This document shows, one piece after another, positions 7,171 through 16,614 of a stretch of DNA of 33,403 nucleotides. The notes beneath the pieces were generated by a model. It did no database searches. It saw only the letters and a list, made by a program, of their open reading frames with translations, and was not told where the DNA came from. The position numbers and the translations under genes are program-made. Position 1 is the stretch's first letter. Every line of letters starts with the position of its first letter. Source of the stretch: an uncultured Acidobacteriota bacterium (lineage in GTDB: Bacteria; Acidobacteriota; Terriglobia; UBA7540); NCBI GenBank assembly GCA_964495535.1, contig CAZBWJ010000002.1, positions 6,828 to 40,230 on the forward strand, read 5' to 3'.

Positions 7171-9954
7171 GTGAATTTGAGAACCCCCAGTCCGCTTTCA
7201 GCCGGCCCTCCCACCCTGCGGGTTCTGGGAATCCTCTTCTTTTCGTCGGGCGCCTCGAGCCTGATTTTCGAGACGATCTTCACGCGCCTGCTCACCTACA
7301 CCTTCGGGAACACGGCCCACGCCGTCAGCACGGTGCTCGCGGCCTTCCTGGGCGGTCTGGCCTTGGGCGCGTATTTGTTCGGCCGCTGGGTGGACCGCCG
7401 CCCGCCCTCTTTGTGGATCTATGGAGGGTTGGAGCTGCTGGTCGGAATCTATTGTCTTTTCATTCCCCAATTGTTCTCCCTGCTCACCCAGACTTATGTA
7501 GTGCTCTACCACCGGTTCCACTTGGGCCCCACGGCACTGACTTCGGTCCGATTGGGACTGGCGGCCGTGGTTATCCTCCTGCCCACGGTGCTCATGGGTG
7601 GCACGCTGCCCGCACTCGCCCGCTACGTCTCGTCCCAGCGGCGCGACTTCGAAGCGGACGTGAGCCGCCTGTACGGCTGGAACACCCTGGGCGCGGCCCT
7701 CGGGACACTCACCTCCACCTACCTGCTGATGCCATTCTTGGGCGTCCGCGGCACCATCGGGCTGGCCTGCGCGGTCAACTTCAGCATCTTCTTCTGTGTT
7801 GCCTTCCTGGCCAGGCGACCTGTTCCGGTGCTAGACGAGGCGGAGGTTCCCGGTGCGGCGGCCGCATCGTTCGAATCGGCCCCCTCACGGACACAGACCG
7901 TAGTGCTTATCTTCGGCGCTTTCACCACCGGTGCCGTCGCCCTGGCGTATGAGGTTATCTGGACTCATGTCCTGGCCTTCCTGATCGGCAACACGGTGTA
8001 CGCCTTTGGCGTGATGCTCTTTACCATGCTCTGCGGCCTGGGGCTGGGCGCCCAAATTGTGGCTCGCCGCTTGCCTCGGCCAGAGCTTTGGGCGCGGGCG
8101 CTGGCCGGGTCGCAGCTCTTTCTCGCCCTGGCGATTTTCTGCTCCGTGCCGCTCTGGAACCGCATTCCCGACGTTTTCGCCCAGGGCCTCACGAAAGCCT
8201 TTGAATTCGACCTCCTGAGCATTGCCTTCCTGTTGCTCCTCCGGATGGGGTACGTGGGCTGGAGAATCTGTCGTCGCCCTGCCACTTCGAAATTTCCGTG
8301 GTCCCGGGCGGTTGAGTTGGGAGCAGAGATCGTGCTCCTCGCAGGCATCATGACTGCAGATACGACGTTTCTGTGGAAATACGAGACGACGTATTTTGTT
8401 TCCGGAGAATTACTCCGGTTTTTCTGTGCCTTCTACCTGCTCATCATTCCGTCGTTGCTGCTCGGATTGAGCTTCCCCCTGCTGCTCAATCTGGTCAGTC
8501 ACCACGCCAGGCGGGTGGGCGGCAGTGTGGGTGGCATCTATGCCGCCAACACGCTCGGGGCCATCCTGGGATCGGTGCTGACCGGCTTCGTGGTGCTCCC
8601 GCGCTGGGGCTCGCTCGCCGGTCTTCGCGCCTCCGCCACGGCGAATCTGATGCTGGGGCTGGTTTTCGCGTTGTGGCTGGTGCCGATCCGCCGGGCGCTG
8701 AGACTCGTCCTCGTCATGGTGGTGGCCTCGCTGGCCTTGTTGTTCTGGGCGCGGCAGACTGACTGGGACGCCCGCCGCATGTCGCGCGGCTCCTATGTGT
8801 ATTTCGATAGTGGCTGGCCGATCGACCGAGTGCTGTATCTCCGGGAAGACGTGCAGGGCGGCCTGACCTCGGTCATCCAGGTGGGCCCGACGCGCATTCT
8901 GCTCTCCAACGGAAAGTTCCAGGGCAACAATTCGGGAGAGAGGGGCGCGCAAATCCGCTTTGCGTTGATTCCCATCCTTTTCACCCGCGAGTTCGAGAAA
9001 GCCCTGGTAATTGGCCTGGGAACCGGCAACACGCTGCGCACCGTGGCGAGCTTTCCTTTCCGCCAAATTGACACGGTGGAGATTGCGCCGCACATCGTGG
9101 AGGCGGCGCGGCTGTGGTTCGAGGACGTCAGCGGACGGGTCTTCGACCGCGACCCGCGCGTCCGCCTGCACGTGGCGGATGGACGCAACTTCCTCCTGCT
9201 TTCCCGCGAACGCTACGACCTGATTACCATCGAAATTAGTTCCATCTGGATCAGCGGCGAGGCGGACCTCTACAACCAGGAGTTCTACGAGCTTTGCCGG
9301 GCGCGCCTGAAGGAGCAGGGGGTGCTCCAGCAGTGGGTGCAGATCCACCACATGCGCACGCAGGATTTCCTGGTGATTCTCAACACCGCCGCCCGCGTCT
9401 TCCCGCACGTGGCGTTCTTTCTGGGGCCTGAGCAGGGGGTGCTGATCGCCTCGGCTTCACCTTTGGAGTGCGACTATCGGCAGATGGAGACCTTTGACGC
9501 CGACCCGAAGGTCCAAGAAGAGCTGGCCCTCATCAACACCCCGAGCCTGACCGCCCTGCTGGGGGAGCTGACGTTGTATGGCGAATCCCTGCGGCAGGCA
9601 CTGTCGTTTCTGCCGCGACTCAGCGGACAGGCGGCGGACTTTGCCTCGACCGATTTTCGGCCTTACCTGGAGTACCAGACGCCGAAGGGAAACACCCTGC
9701 CGTACAACACCGTCTCGCGCAACGTCAACTTCCTGCAGCGCCTGCGCGCCGCCGAACCGGTCCCGCCGGACGTGCCGATACGCAATCTGCCTTCGGAGAA
9801 CGAGAAGAACCTGGTTCTGGGCTATGCGGCGGCGCAGCGAGGGGAGCTCCACGCCGCGCTGGAATACTTGCGGCGGGTGGAAGGCCCGGCCTGCGCTCGC
9901 GCCCAAGCTGAAGTAGCTCGAATTGAGTCCGGCACACGCCGACAGGTGCCGTGA
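7171..9954 (+). CDS. Polytopic membrane protein fused to a spermidine-synthase-like (polyamine aminopropyltransferase / class I MTase fold) domain, with a C-terminal extension
   Basis: 927 aa. About 500 aa N-terminal region with many hydrophobic helices. Then a spermidine-synthase-like core (LVIGLGTGNTLRTVA...IDTVEIAPHIVEAARLWF...VRLHVADGRNFL...YDLITIEIS) with a Gly-rich nucleotide loop and DG..F motif. C-terminal ~230 aa unknown. Confidence 0.75.
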   Translation: MNLRTPSPLSAGPPTLRVLGILFFSSGASSLIFETIFTRLLTYTFGNTAHAVSTVLAAFLGGLALGAYLFGRWVDRRPPSLWIYGGLELLVGIYCLFIPQLFSLLTQTYVVLYHRFHLGPTALTSVRLGLAAVVILLPTVLMGGTLPALARYVSSQRRDFEADVSRLYGWNTLGAALGTLTSTYLLMPFLGVRGTIGLACAVNFSIFFCVAFLARRPVPVLDEAEVPGAAAASFESAPSRTQTVVLIFGAFTTGAVALAYEVIWTHVLAFLIGNTVYAFGVMLFTMLCGLGLGAQIVARRLPRPELWARALAGSQLFLALAIFCSVPLWNRIPDVFAQGLTKAFEFDLLSIAFLLLLRMGYVGWRICRRPATSKFPWSRAVELGAEIVLLAGIMTADTTFLWKYETTYFVSGELLRFFCAFYLLIIPSLLLGLSFPLLLNLVSHHARRVGGSVGGIYAANTLGAILGSVLTGFVVLPRWGSLAGLRASATANLMLGLVFALWLVPIRRALRLVLVMVVASLALLFWARQTDWDARRMSRGSYVYFDSGWPIDRVLYLREDVQGGLTSVIQVGPTRILLSNGKFQGNNSGERGAQIRFALIPILFTREFEKALVIGLGTGNTLRTVASFPFRQIDTVEIAPHIVEAARLWFEDVSGRVFDRDPRVRLHVADGRNFLLLSRERYDLITIEISSIWISGEADLYNQEFYELCRARLKEQGVLQQWVQIHHMRTQDFLVILNTAARVFPHVAFFLGPEQGVLIASASPLECDYRQMETFDADPKVQEELALINTPSLTALLGELTLYGESLRQALSFLPRLSGQAADFASTDFRPYLEYQTPKGNTLPYNTVSRNVNFLQRLRAAEPVPPDVPIRNLPSENEKNLVLGYAAAQRGELHAALEYLRRVEGPACARAQAEVARIESGTRRQVP

Positions 9955-10348
9955 CGTGGCTAGGCGGCCGCGTCGTCGCAGCCTTCAGTGTAGCGGGTCC
10001 GGCAACCCGCTTCACGCCCGACCGCATACTCGAAATTGCCCCCCTGGTCTGCGAGAGGAGCCGCGAGATTTCCTTCCGCCTCGGCTCCCGAGCTGGCGCG
10101 CACGCTGCTTCGTCTGGTGCGGAATGGCCTTTCAACTCTAACGAGAAGAATGACGATGAGTGGGGATTGGGCCAGTCATTGTGCGCGGGTCACAGGAGGG
10201 GGCTGAGAACTCAGCCGGGGCGGCAACGGCGAAAGTACGCCCCCTGCGGTGGCTGCTGCCCACACCCAGTGGAACCCCGGAACGCAGGAGCCGTTAGGAC
10301 GGCACCGGCACGGCAAGTCTGGGTTGACGCGCCGATACGCGGCGCCTC

Positions 10349-10804
10349 TTACTGGCCTTCCGCCCCTTTGCGGGCCTCTTCCGATTCGTACACGACTCTG
10401 CGCCCGGTTTTGGTTTCGAGGGCGCGCATGAAGTCGCGTGTGGCACCTCGGGGAAGATAAAAGACGCAGTTGCGCGTCCCTCCGGGACGGTCGGCAACGA
10501 CAAAGCTGAGGAAGAGCTTTCTCTTTGCCCCGGGGACTCCAAAAACCTCTACCATGACGGACCGGCGAGACAACGAGACATAGGTCGTCTTGACCTCGGA
10601 ATAGAGAACCTTCCAGTTGCCCTTCTCCCAGGTGAACTGCAAGATCTCCGCGTCGCCCGCATCCAGTTTCCCTGGTTTGTTCTTGGGCAACTCCTCCACG
10701 CGACCCTGGTAATACGCCGCGTCAATGCTCGTCTGCGCCTGAGCGAGCGTGGCCACAAGGAGGAGCACACTCCCCAAGGCAATCAGGCTTCCGGCGCGCT
10801 GCAT
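10349..10804 (-). CDS. Secreted hypothetical protein (signal peptide), about 151 aa
   Basis: Start taken at MQRAGSLIALGSVLLLVATLAQAQ, preceded by a GGAGGA RBS. Cleavable signal peptide (AQA-QT). No recognisable domain. Confidence 0.55.
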   Translation of the reverse strand: MQRAGSLIALGSVLLLVATLAQAQTSIDAAYYQGRVEELPKNKPGKLDAGDAEILQFTWEKGNWKVLYSEVKTTYVSLSRRSVMVEVFGVPGAKRKLFLSFVVADRPGGTRNCVFYLPRGATRDFMRALETKTGRRVVYESEEARKGAEGQ

Positions 10805-10874
10805 GGTTATCCTCCTTCCCCAGCCGAGCGTGGCGCGCTCGGCTGGGAGCAAGACGGGCTGTGAATCGGTCTGG

Positions 10875-11441
10875 CTAGTCTCGGACGACGGATTCTACCC
10901 CTGCCTCCTTCAAGAAGGACATCAGCTTGTTGCCGAACTGCACATCCCAAATGTCAACCTTGAAGTCCTTCTTCGTCCACTTCGCTATCAGGGCTGTGAT
11001 GGGCTGCTTGAAGATGAACTTCACGGAGAGGCGCTCTGGGTAGTAGTCCATGAAGCCCCTGGAAGCGGAGTAGAACTTATACTCGACACGCGCAACGTTG
11101 GAGAGTTCAGTCTCAAAGGCGTCGTTGCTCGATCCCAGCCCCGGCATGGCACGGATATACCGATAGGCAAGCCGCTTGCCATCCGACACGATGTAACCCA
11201 TGCAGATGCGCTTGGCGAAGTGGTCGTGAACAGCAAACGATCCCACAGCCTTGAAGCCGTTGTCATAGTAGAAGCTGTTGTTTGCAAGAGCAGGCTGTGA
11301 CTCGATGATCTTGACCATTTCCTCCACCGGCATCGCCTTCTTTTCTTCCGGCGCCGCCCCTTCTTCCTGGGCGAGGGCGGGAAGAGCCAATGCGAGTGCC
11401 AAAAACACAAAGCTAAGGAACAACTTCGAGCCTCTTGGCAT
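10875..11441 (-). CDS. Secreted hypothetical protein (signal peptide), about 188 aa
   Basis: Start at MPRGSKLFLSFVFLALALALPALAQEE, preceded by an AAGGAGGAGG RBS. Signal peptide. No recognisable domain. Confidence 0.55.
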   Translation of the reverse strand: MPRGSKLFLSFVFLALALALPALAQEEGAAPEEKKAMPVEEMVKIIESQPALANNSFYYDNGFKAVGSFAVHDHFAKRICMGYIVSDGKRLAYRYIRAMPGLGSSNDAFETELSNVARVEYKFYSASRGFMDYYPERLSVKFIFKQPITALIAKWTKKDFKVDIWDVQFGNKLMSFLKEAGVESVVRD

Positions 11442-11690
11442 GGCGACCTCCTCCTTGGTCAATCAGTGTGTGGGCAAACCTAGAAGAAATCCTCTTCCGC
11501 CGCTTGGCGGATAATTGTTTTTTGGAGGCTACGAGAAGTGTAATGCTAAGTCAAGAGACAAATTCCTTCCAGGGGAAGGCGGCAGGCAAGATCCGACAAC
11601 GGCAGAACTCTGACTGGCTGGACGCATCCGCTCAGTTGAACTCACAACACAAGGCAGCAGGGCGCGCACGCCGCGAGCACGCCCCGCAGT

Positions 11691-13028
11691 TCAATTCCCG
11701 GAAGCAGGCTCCAGCCTGTTGTGCCCGCCGGTGGACTCATCCACGATGGCGCGTTTCAGCTTGTGGTTAAAGATGTTCTTTTCCGCCGTGATGTAGTCGG
11801 CCCGCGGTCCAATGTAGATCCCGACGTGTTGAGTGGCCCGCTCGGGTGGCCGGGTTTCGCGGATGGTATTGCCCACGAAGGTGAGGTGCTGGGTGGCGCC
11901 CTCGATGCGCACGCCGTAGCCGGGGGCGTCGGGCCGGCCATTGTCCTCAATCGTGTTCTCGCGGAACGTATTGCGGTGGCCGGCGTTGATCTCGGACTCG
12001 TCGCGGAAATAGACTCCGGCCTTGCCATTCCCACTCAGCAGGTTCCCGACGAAGGTGTTGTCCGTATCCTTGTGGCCGATGGAGATGCCGTTGCCGACGT
12101 TCCCCCAGCACTGGTTCCGCTCGAAGATGCCGTTCTGCACGCGCCAGCAGAGGAACAGACCATCTTCCCCATTATCGTGGCTGCGGTTGTGGCGGACCTG
12201 AGCCCGGAGCGCGCCAGTGCCAAGGTGAATGCCCAAAAGGGCGTTGCCATAAGCCTCGCAGTTCTCGATCACCGGACCCTCGACGAACTGGGTGCTGATA
12301 CCGTCTCCCGGGTAATTGCGCGCCCGGCAGTTGCGAACGGTCACGTTCTTGGAGTGAAAGAAATAGATGCCACCTGCCTGGCAGCCGTCGAGGACTTCGC
12401 TATCGGCGCGGCCGCCCTCTACCGTGAGGGCCTCCACGCGAACGTTGTTCACCTCGTATCCTGCGACGAGGGGAAACGTGTTGAACACTTCACCGGCTTC
12501 TTCCACCGAGTAGTCCGTGTGGAGAAAATGGTCGAAGTGGAGCGTCTGCCCGTCAATACGTACGATGGTCCGTACACTCGGAGTCCAGCCGGAACGGTGC
12601 GACTTGTCCACGATCGTGACGCCCATGCCGGGCGCAAAGCCACGCGCATCCTCGATAGTGGCGACGAATTCGCCGTAGTCCGCGTCGAGTTTCAATCTGC
12701 TTCTAACGCCCGGGGCCTTCTTGAGGATGGTTTTGTCTGCCCCCTCGCCTTTCAGCGACACGTGGCTGGCCAGGCGGACGGAATTGGCGAGCGTGTATGT
12801 ACCCGCCATGATGAGGACAGTGCCCCTACCCGCCGCGGCCACGCGGTCAATGGCCTGCTGGATCGCGCGGTTATCGGTGCCGACCACATCCGCGTCCGCG
12901 GGACCTACGGTGACAGTTATGGAGCGCCCCTGTCCACCGTCAGGGAGCGCAGGCGCGACGGTTGAAGGCAGCAACAGGCCTGCACCCAGGACAAAAAGAA
13001 ACACGAATTTTGATTTCCCGCGCCGCAT
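11691..13028 (-). CDS. Secreted right-handed parallel beta-helix repeat protein (pectin-lyase fold; glycoside hydrolase or polysaccharide lyase-like)
   Basis: 445 aa. N-terminal signal peptide. AIQQAIDRVAAAGRGTVLIMAGTY...SHVSLKGEG matches the parallel beta-helix N-cap. Repeated N..G.H/I.G beta-helix rungs. GGAGG RBS before the ATG at 13028. Confidence 0.7.
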   Translation of the reverse strand: MRRGKSKFVFLFVLGAGLLLPSTVAPALPDGGQGRSITVTVGPADADVVGTDNRAIQQAIDRVAAAGRGTVLIMAGTYTLANSVRLASHVSLKGEGADKTILKKAPGVRSRLKLDADYGEFVATIEDARGFAPGMGVTIVDKSHRSGWTPSVRTIVRIDGQTLHFDHFLHTDYSVEEAGEVFNTFPLVAGYEVNNVRVEALTVEGGRADSEVLDGCQAGGIYFFHSKNVTVRNCRARNYPGDGISTQFVEGPVIENCEAYGNALLGIHLGTGALRAQVRHNRSHDNGEDGLFLCWRVQNGIFERNQCWGNVGNGISIGHKDTDNTFVGNLLSGNGKAGVYFRDESEINAGHRNTFRENTIEDNGRPDAPGYGVRIEGATQHLTFVGNTIRETRPPERATQHVGIYIGPRADYITAEKNIFNHKLKRAIVDESTGGHNRLEPASGN

Positions 13029-13376
13029 AGCGGGACCTCCGAGGCGTGAGGTTTGTCAGGCGTCAGCGAGAGGATTATAGCCTGGAGTGCCGCAACCTGC
13101 TCCAGGTAGTCGCGCGCTTGGCTCAAAGTGCTGATGGTCGTTCGCCCCGGGCCCGGCAACGCTTTGAACATGCCAGGCCGAGGCTCCAGCGACCGGCCTT
13201 CAACGGGACCCTTCTTTCGCTGAGGTGAAGGGCAATTCGCGGTCGAACTAGGTGGCGCGGAGGTGACACCCCGGCGCGCGGGATAGTGGCGCCATCCGTA
13301 GCGCACACCATTCCAAGCAGCCTGTCCGCGCCGCGCGAAGCATTCACTTCTTGGGGCTGGCTTGCTGCGTCCTTTT

Positions 13377-13790
13377 CTATCGAGTCCGCGGCACGCAGCG
13401 CAGCGTGAAGGTGGCTTGGTCGGAAAGCCCCGTGGACGGCCACAGGATGCGTAACCGCACATGGCCGTTGTAATGGGAGCGAGCACTGCTGCTGCCCAAC
13501 GTCCAACTATCGCGGACGGTGTGTGCCGACGGACTGGTGAAGACAGTGGTGGCCGGAGGTCTATGCCTACCGTCACTATGGAACCATCGGTATTTCACGC
13601 GGCCCGGACGGTCCACGGTGATGACGCCGGTAAATCTGAACATCTTTGGACAGGGGCCGTCATATTCGGCAGGTTCGGCTTGAGCGGTCACACCTGTGAC
13701 GTGCGCGGCTTTCTGCGCTGAAGCAGGCCACGCGCAGAGCACAGCAAGCAGTGCGAAGATGGCGGTATATGCAAAGACCTTTCTTGCCAT
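13377..13790 (-). CDS. Small secreted hypothetical protein, about 137 aa
   Basis: Start at MARKVFAYTAIFALLAVLCAWPASAQ (signal peptide), preceded by a GGGAGGAG RBS. No recognisable domain. Confidence 0.5.
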   Translation of the reverse strand: MARKVFAYTAIFALLAVLCAWPASAQKAAHVTGVTAQAEPAEYDGPCPKMFRFTGVITVDRPGRVKYRWFHSDGRHRPPATTVFTSPSAHTVRDSWTLGSSSARSHYNGHVRLRILWPSTGLSDQATFTLRCVPRTR

Positions 13791-14034
13791 GGCTGTCTCT
13801 CCTCCCTCAGCCTCAAAGTGGTTCAAGGCCGCAGAGCATTTTGACTGGTTCGCCTTCAACCGTTTCTGGGCCCCAGTATATAGGTTCCCTGAAGCCTGTC
13901 AATTGGAGCGTGTTCGTCACCGTGTGTCGACGAGACAGAAGGGGGCGGCGGCTGAGACGGCTTATTCCATCGAGCTTGTCATTCTTGTGCTACAGCGCAG
14001 CATGTGGTGGTAAATTGTCTGCCGGAGGACGACC

Positions 14035-16470
14035 GTGCAACGGGTATTGTGGGGTTTTCTGATCGTCGGATTTCTGGTGGGAGAAGCCCACGCCGCCGAG
14101 TCCTACCTGCCTCCGCACGAGGTGGGGAAGCTGGAGAGGGTCGAGAAGCGTGGGAACTTCGTCGTCTTCCACGCCCAACGGGCATCGGTGCGGGTGAACT
14201 TCATCTCTGATTCCATCGTGCGGATTTTCGTGGACCCATACCGGCGATTTGAAGATCGACCTTCGGCCAAGTCCGTTTTCGACGGCGCCAAGTACCAGGC
14301 GGCGATTTCTGTCGCCTTGGAGGAAGCACCTTCTGCCGTGGTAATGAAAAGCAACCGCCTCCGACTGAGGGTGGAGAAGGCCGATCCGTTGCGGTTTGTG
14401 TTTGAGGGTCCGGACGGAACCCGTCTGACGCGCATCGTTAAGGGAGTGTTCGTAGGCGGGATTCATTCGGACTACAACCGAGTCCGGTTCGAGATCGCCC
14501 CCGACGAGCAGTTCTATGGCCTGGGAGAGCGGTTCCACAGTTTCAATCACCGGGGCAGGGAGATTACCCTTCGCAACGTGGACGTCATCAACCAGCCGCA
14601 GGACTATAACTACTTCAGCATCCCCTTCTTCCTGAGCAGTCGGGGGTACGGCATCTTCTATAACAACACCTGGGACACCACGTTTCGCTTTGGCAGCGAG
14701 AACCGTGACGAGCTTTCCTTCGAGTCCCCCGGCCCGAATTGCGATTTCTTTTTCATCTATGGCCCGGCGCCGCGCCAGACGCTGGCCGGATACCTCTACC
14801 TGACCGGTTGCCCGCCTATGCTGCCGCGCTACGCGCTGGGGCTCTGGATGGGGGACTTCCCTTACGAGAGCCAGGAGCGGATTCCTCGCATCGGGCAGGA
14901 ATTCATCGACCAGCAGTTGCCCTGGGACAATTTCTATCTTGACTACGAATGGGCCAATACTTTTTTCGACTTCGAGTTCAGGCCGGCGACAACGCCACAT
15001 CCTGAGGATCTGGCTGCCTGGTTCCGTCACCATCACCGCCAACTGGCCTTGATCGAAACGCCGTTTGTCAACGCTGAGTGCCCCCTCTATGCCTCAGCGC
15101 TGGAACGGAAGCTCTTCTGCGATCCCTTCAGCGCCTGGTGGCACACACCCACCCACTCCGGGCAGATTGATTTCTCGCATCCCGAAGCCGCGCGCTGGTG
15201 GTGGCAGCTTCACGAACCGCTGGTGAAGAGGGGAGTCACCTTTTTCGTTACCGACGACGGCGAGTTCACCCGAGCGAAAGCGCTCACTTCTGACGGTGTC
15301 GGCGGGGGCGAACTCCACAACTATTACAGCCTGCTCTACGCTCGGGGCATGTTCGAGGAGATGGAGAGATCTTCAAACCTGCGAGGCTTCATCTGCTCGC
15401 GCGCGGGATTTGCCGGCTCCCAGAAGTATGGGACCTTCTTCGCCGGCGACCAGGATACCGAGTATCGCAACCTGCAGAAGGTCACGCGCGCGGTGTTGTC
15501 CTCCGGTTTGTCGGGGATGCCGCTGCTGCGCACGGACCTCGCGGGACTCTTCGGCGAACTGGACCCGCAGAGCTACGCGCGATTCACGCAAGCGCAGGCG
15601 CTCCATCCGATGCTGATGTTGTTCACCTACATCCCGTCCAACGTCTCGTCCAACGCCTATGCGGGCAAGCTTGACCGGCGGCCGTGGACTTACGGCGATC
15701 AATGTCTCCAAAACTTCCGCAAGCACCTCCAGCTCCGGCACAGCCTGGTGCCTTATCTCTACACGCTGGCGGCAGAAGCGCACGCAGCAGGCACGCCCCT
15801 GCTGCGGCCGCTGCTCTTTGAGTATCCGGAGGACCCGGCGAGCTGGGGGGTCGAGGATGAGTACTTGGTGGGCTCAAACCTGCTTGTGGCGCCGGTGATG
15901 ACCAAGGACACTCTCTCTCGCGCGGTCTACCTGCCTGCCGGAAGCGAGTGGGTGGATTTCTGGTCGGACCGCGTCTATGCCGGCGGCCAAACCATTGCCT
16001 ACGACGCGCCCCTGGCGGTGCTGCCCCTGCTGGTCCGCTGCGGCGCCATCCTGCCCTTTCAAGATCCGCTTTTGACGCTGGTTGACCATCCCTATCCCGA
16101 GCTGACTTGGCGGATCTATCCTTCCTCCCGCGCCGAGCGGTTTGTGCTTTACGAAGATGACGGGCTATCGCAGGACTACAAGCAGGGAAAGGCCGTCCAC
16201 ACCGAGGTGAGCGCCACGGGCGGCGCGACCCTGGAAATTCGCATTCGCACCGACGGCGAGCGCGATCGGAAGCACCTACTGGAAGTCCACCTGTTGGCAG
16301 AGGGGCCGCGGACCGCAACCGTCGCGGGCAAGAAGATCAGAATTCAGGATGCGTGGCGAGCAAAACTCTCGCCCGGCACGACGGCAGCCGTCTGGGATGA
16401 AACCCGCAAGACCCTCACCGTGGTGCTCCCGCGGCTGCCCGAAGAGGAAGTCGTTATCCGCGCCGAGTGA
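14035..16470 (+). CDS. Glycoside hydrolase family 31 (alpha-glucosidase/alpha-xylosidase-like)
   Basis: 811 aa. GTG start with GGAGG RBS. Signal peptide. GH31 catalytic-region signature RGFICSRAGFAGSQKYGTFFAGDQDTEY (compare R.F..SRS.FAGSQRY...W.GDN) and nucleotide-site segment DNFYLDYEWAN. N-terminal beta-sandwich plus TIM-barrel architecture length. Confidence 0.8.
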   Translation: MQRVLWGFLIVGFLVGEAHAAESYLPPHEVGKLERVEKRGNFVVFHAQRASVRVNFISDSIVRIFVDPYRRFEDRPSAKSVFDGAKYQAAISVALEEAPSAVVMKSNRLRLRVEKADPLRFVFEGPDGTRLTRIVKGVFVGGIHSDYNRVRFEIAPDEQFYGLGERFHSFNHRGREITLRNVDVINQPQDYNYFSIPFFLSSRGYGIFYNNTWDTTFRFGSENRDELSFESPGPNCDFFFIYGPAPRQTLAGYLYLTGCPPMLPRYALGLWMGDFPYESQERIPRIGQEFIDQQLPWDNFYLDYEWANTFFDFEFRPATTPHPEDLAAWFRHHHRQLALIETPFVNAECPLYASALERKLFCDPFSAWWHTPTHSGQIDFSHPEAARWWWQLHEPLVKRGVTFFVTDDGEFTRAKALTSDGVGGGELHNYYSLLYARGMFEEMERSSNLRGFICSRAGFAGSQKYGTFFAGDQDTEYRNLQKVTRAVLSSGLSGMPLLRTDLAGLFGELDPQSYARFTQAQALHPMLMLFTYIPSNVSSNAYAGKLDRRPWTYGDQCLQNFRKHLQLRHSLVPYLYTLAAEAHAAGTPLLRPLLFEYPEDPASWGVEDEYLVGSNLLVAPVMTKDTLSRAVYLPAGSEWVDFWSDRVYAGGQTIAYDAPLAVLPLLVRCGAILPFQDPLLTLVDHPYPELTWRIYPSSRAERFVLYEDDGLSQDYKQGKAVHTEVSATGGATLEIRIRTDGERDRKHLLEVHLLAEGPRTATVAGKKIRIQDAWRAKLSPGTTAAVWDETRKTLTVVLPRLPEEEVVIRAE

Positions 16471-16614
16471 CTCTGTCGAGAACGCGGGAAGAGGACCGGC
16501 GGCGGGAGGCCTTGCCCCACAAGCCTGCCGGCCGGCAACTGCTGCCGCTGCCGCGATACTTGACGCCGCCACCCCCGCGACGCAGCGTGCGGAACTTCGC
16601 CGTTGGAGGCAGGC

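Noticed and set aside
9951-10460. 169-aa plus-strand ORF starting at the stop of the 927-aa gene
   Set aside because: It overlaps the well-supported minus-strand secreted-protein gene (10349..10804), has no RBS, and its translation looks like GC-rich noise. The 9955-10348 interval is therefore treated as intergenic.
11721-12965. 414-aa plus-strand ORF antisense to the beta-helix gene; similar antisense ORFs at 8410..9408, 21102..22799, 22112..22828, 4203..4988, 24110..24889
   Set aside because: These are typical high-GC frame shadows opposite real genes. The opposite-strand products have clear family signatures whereas these have low-complexity Arg/Gly/Pro-rich translations.
12917-13576. 219-aa and 127-aa minus-strand ORFs in the 13029-13376 gap
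   Set aside because: They overlap the start of the beta-helix gene and the end of the small secreted gene, have no RBS, and have Arg/Pro/Cys-rich composition. The gap is more likely a 350-bp intergenic/promoter region.
14035-16470. Idea that the GH31 enzyme is a sulfoquinovosidase linked to the PfkB kinase (sulfoglycolysis)
   Set aside because: It is about 9 kb away from the kinase/aldolase genes and separated by unrelated genes on other strands. The sulfonate-binding residues of YihQ cannot be verified by eye, and no SLA reductase or sulfolactaldehyde genes are present.
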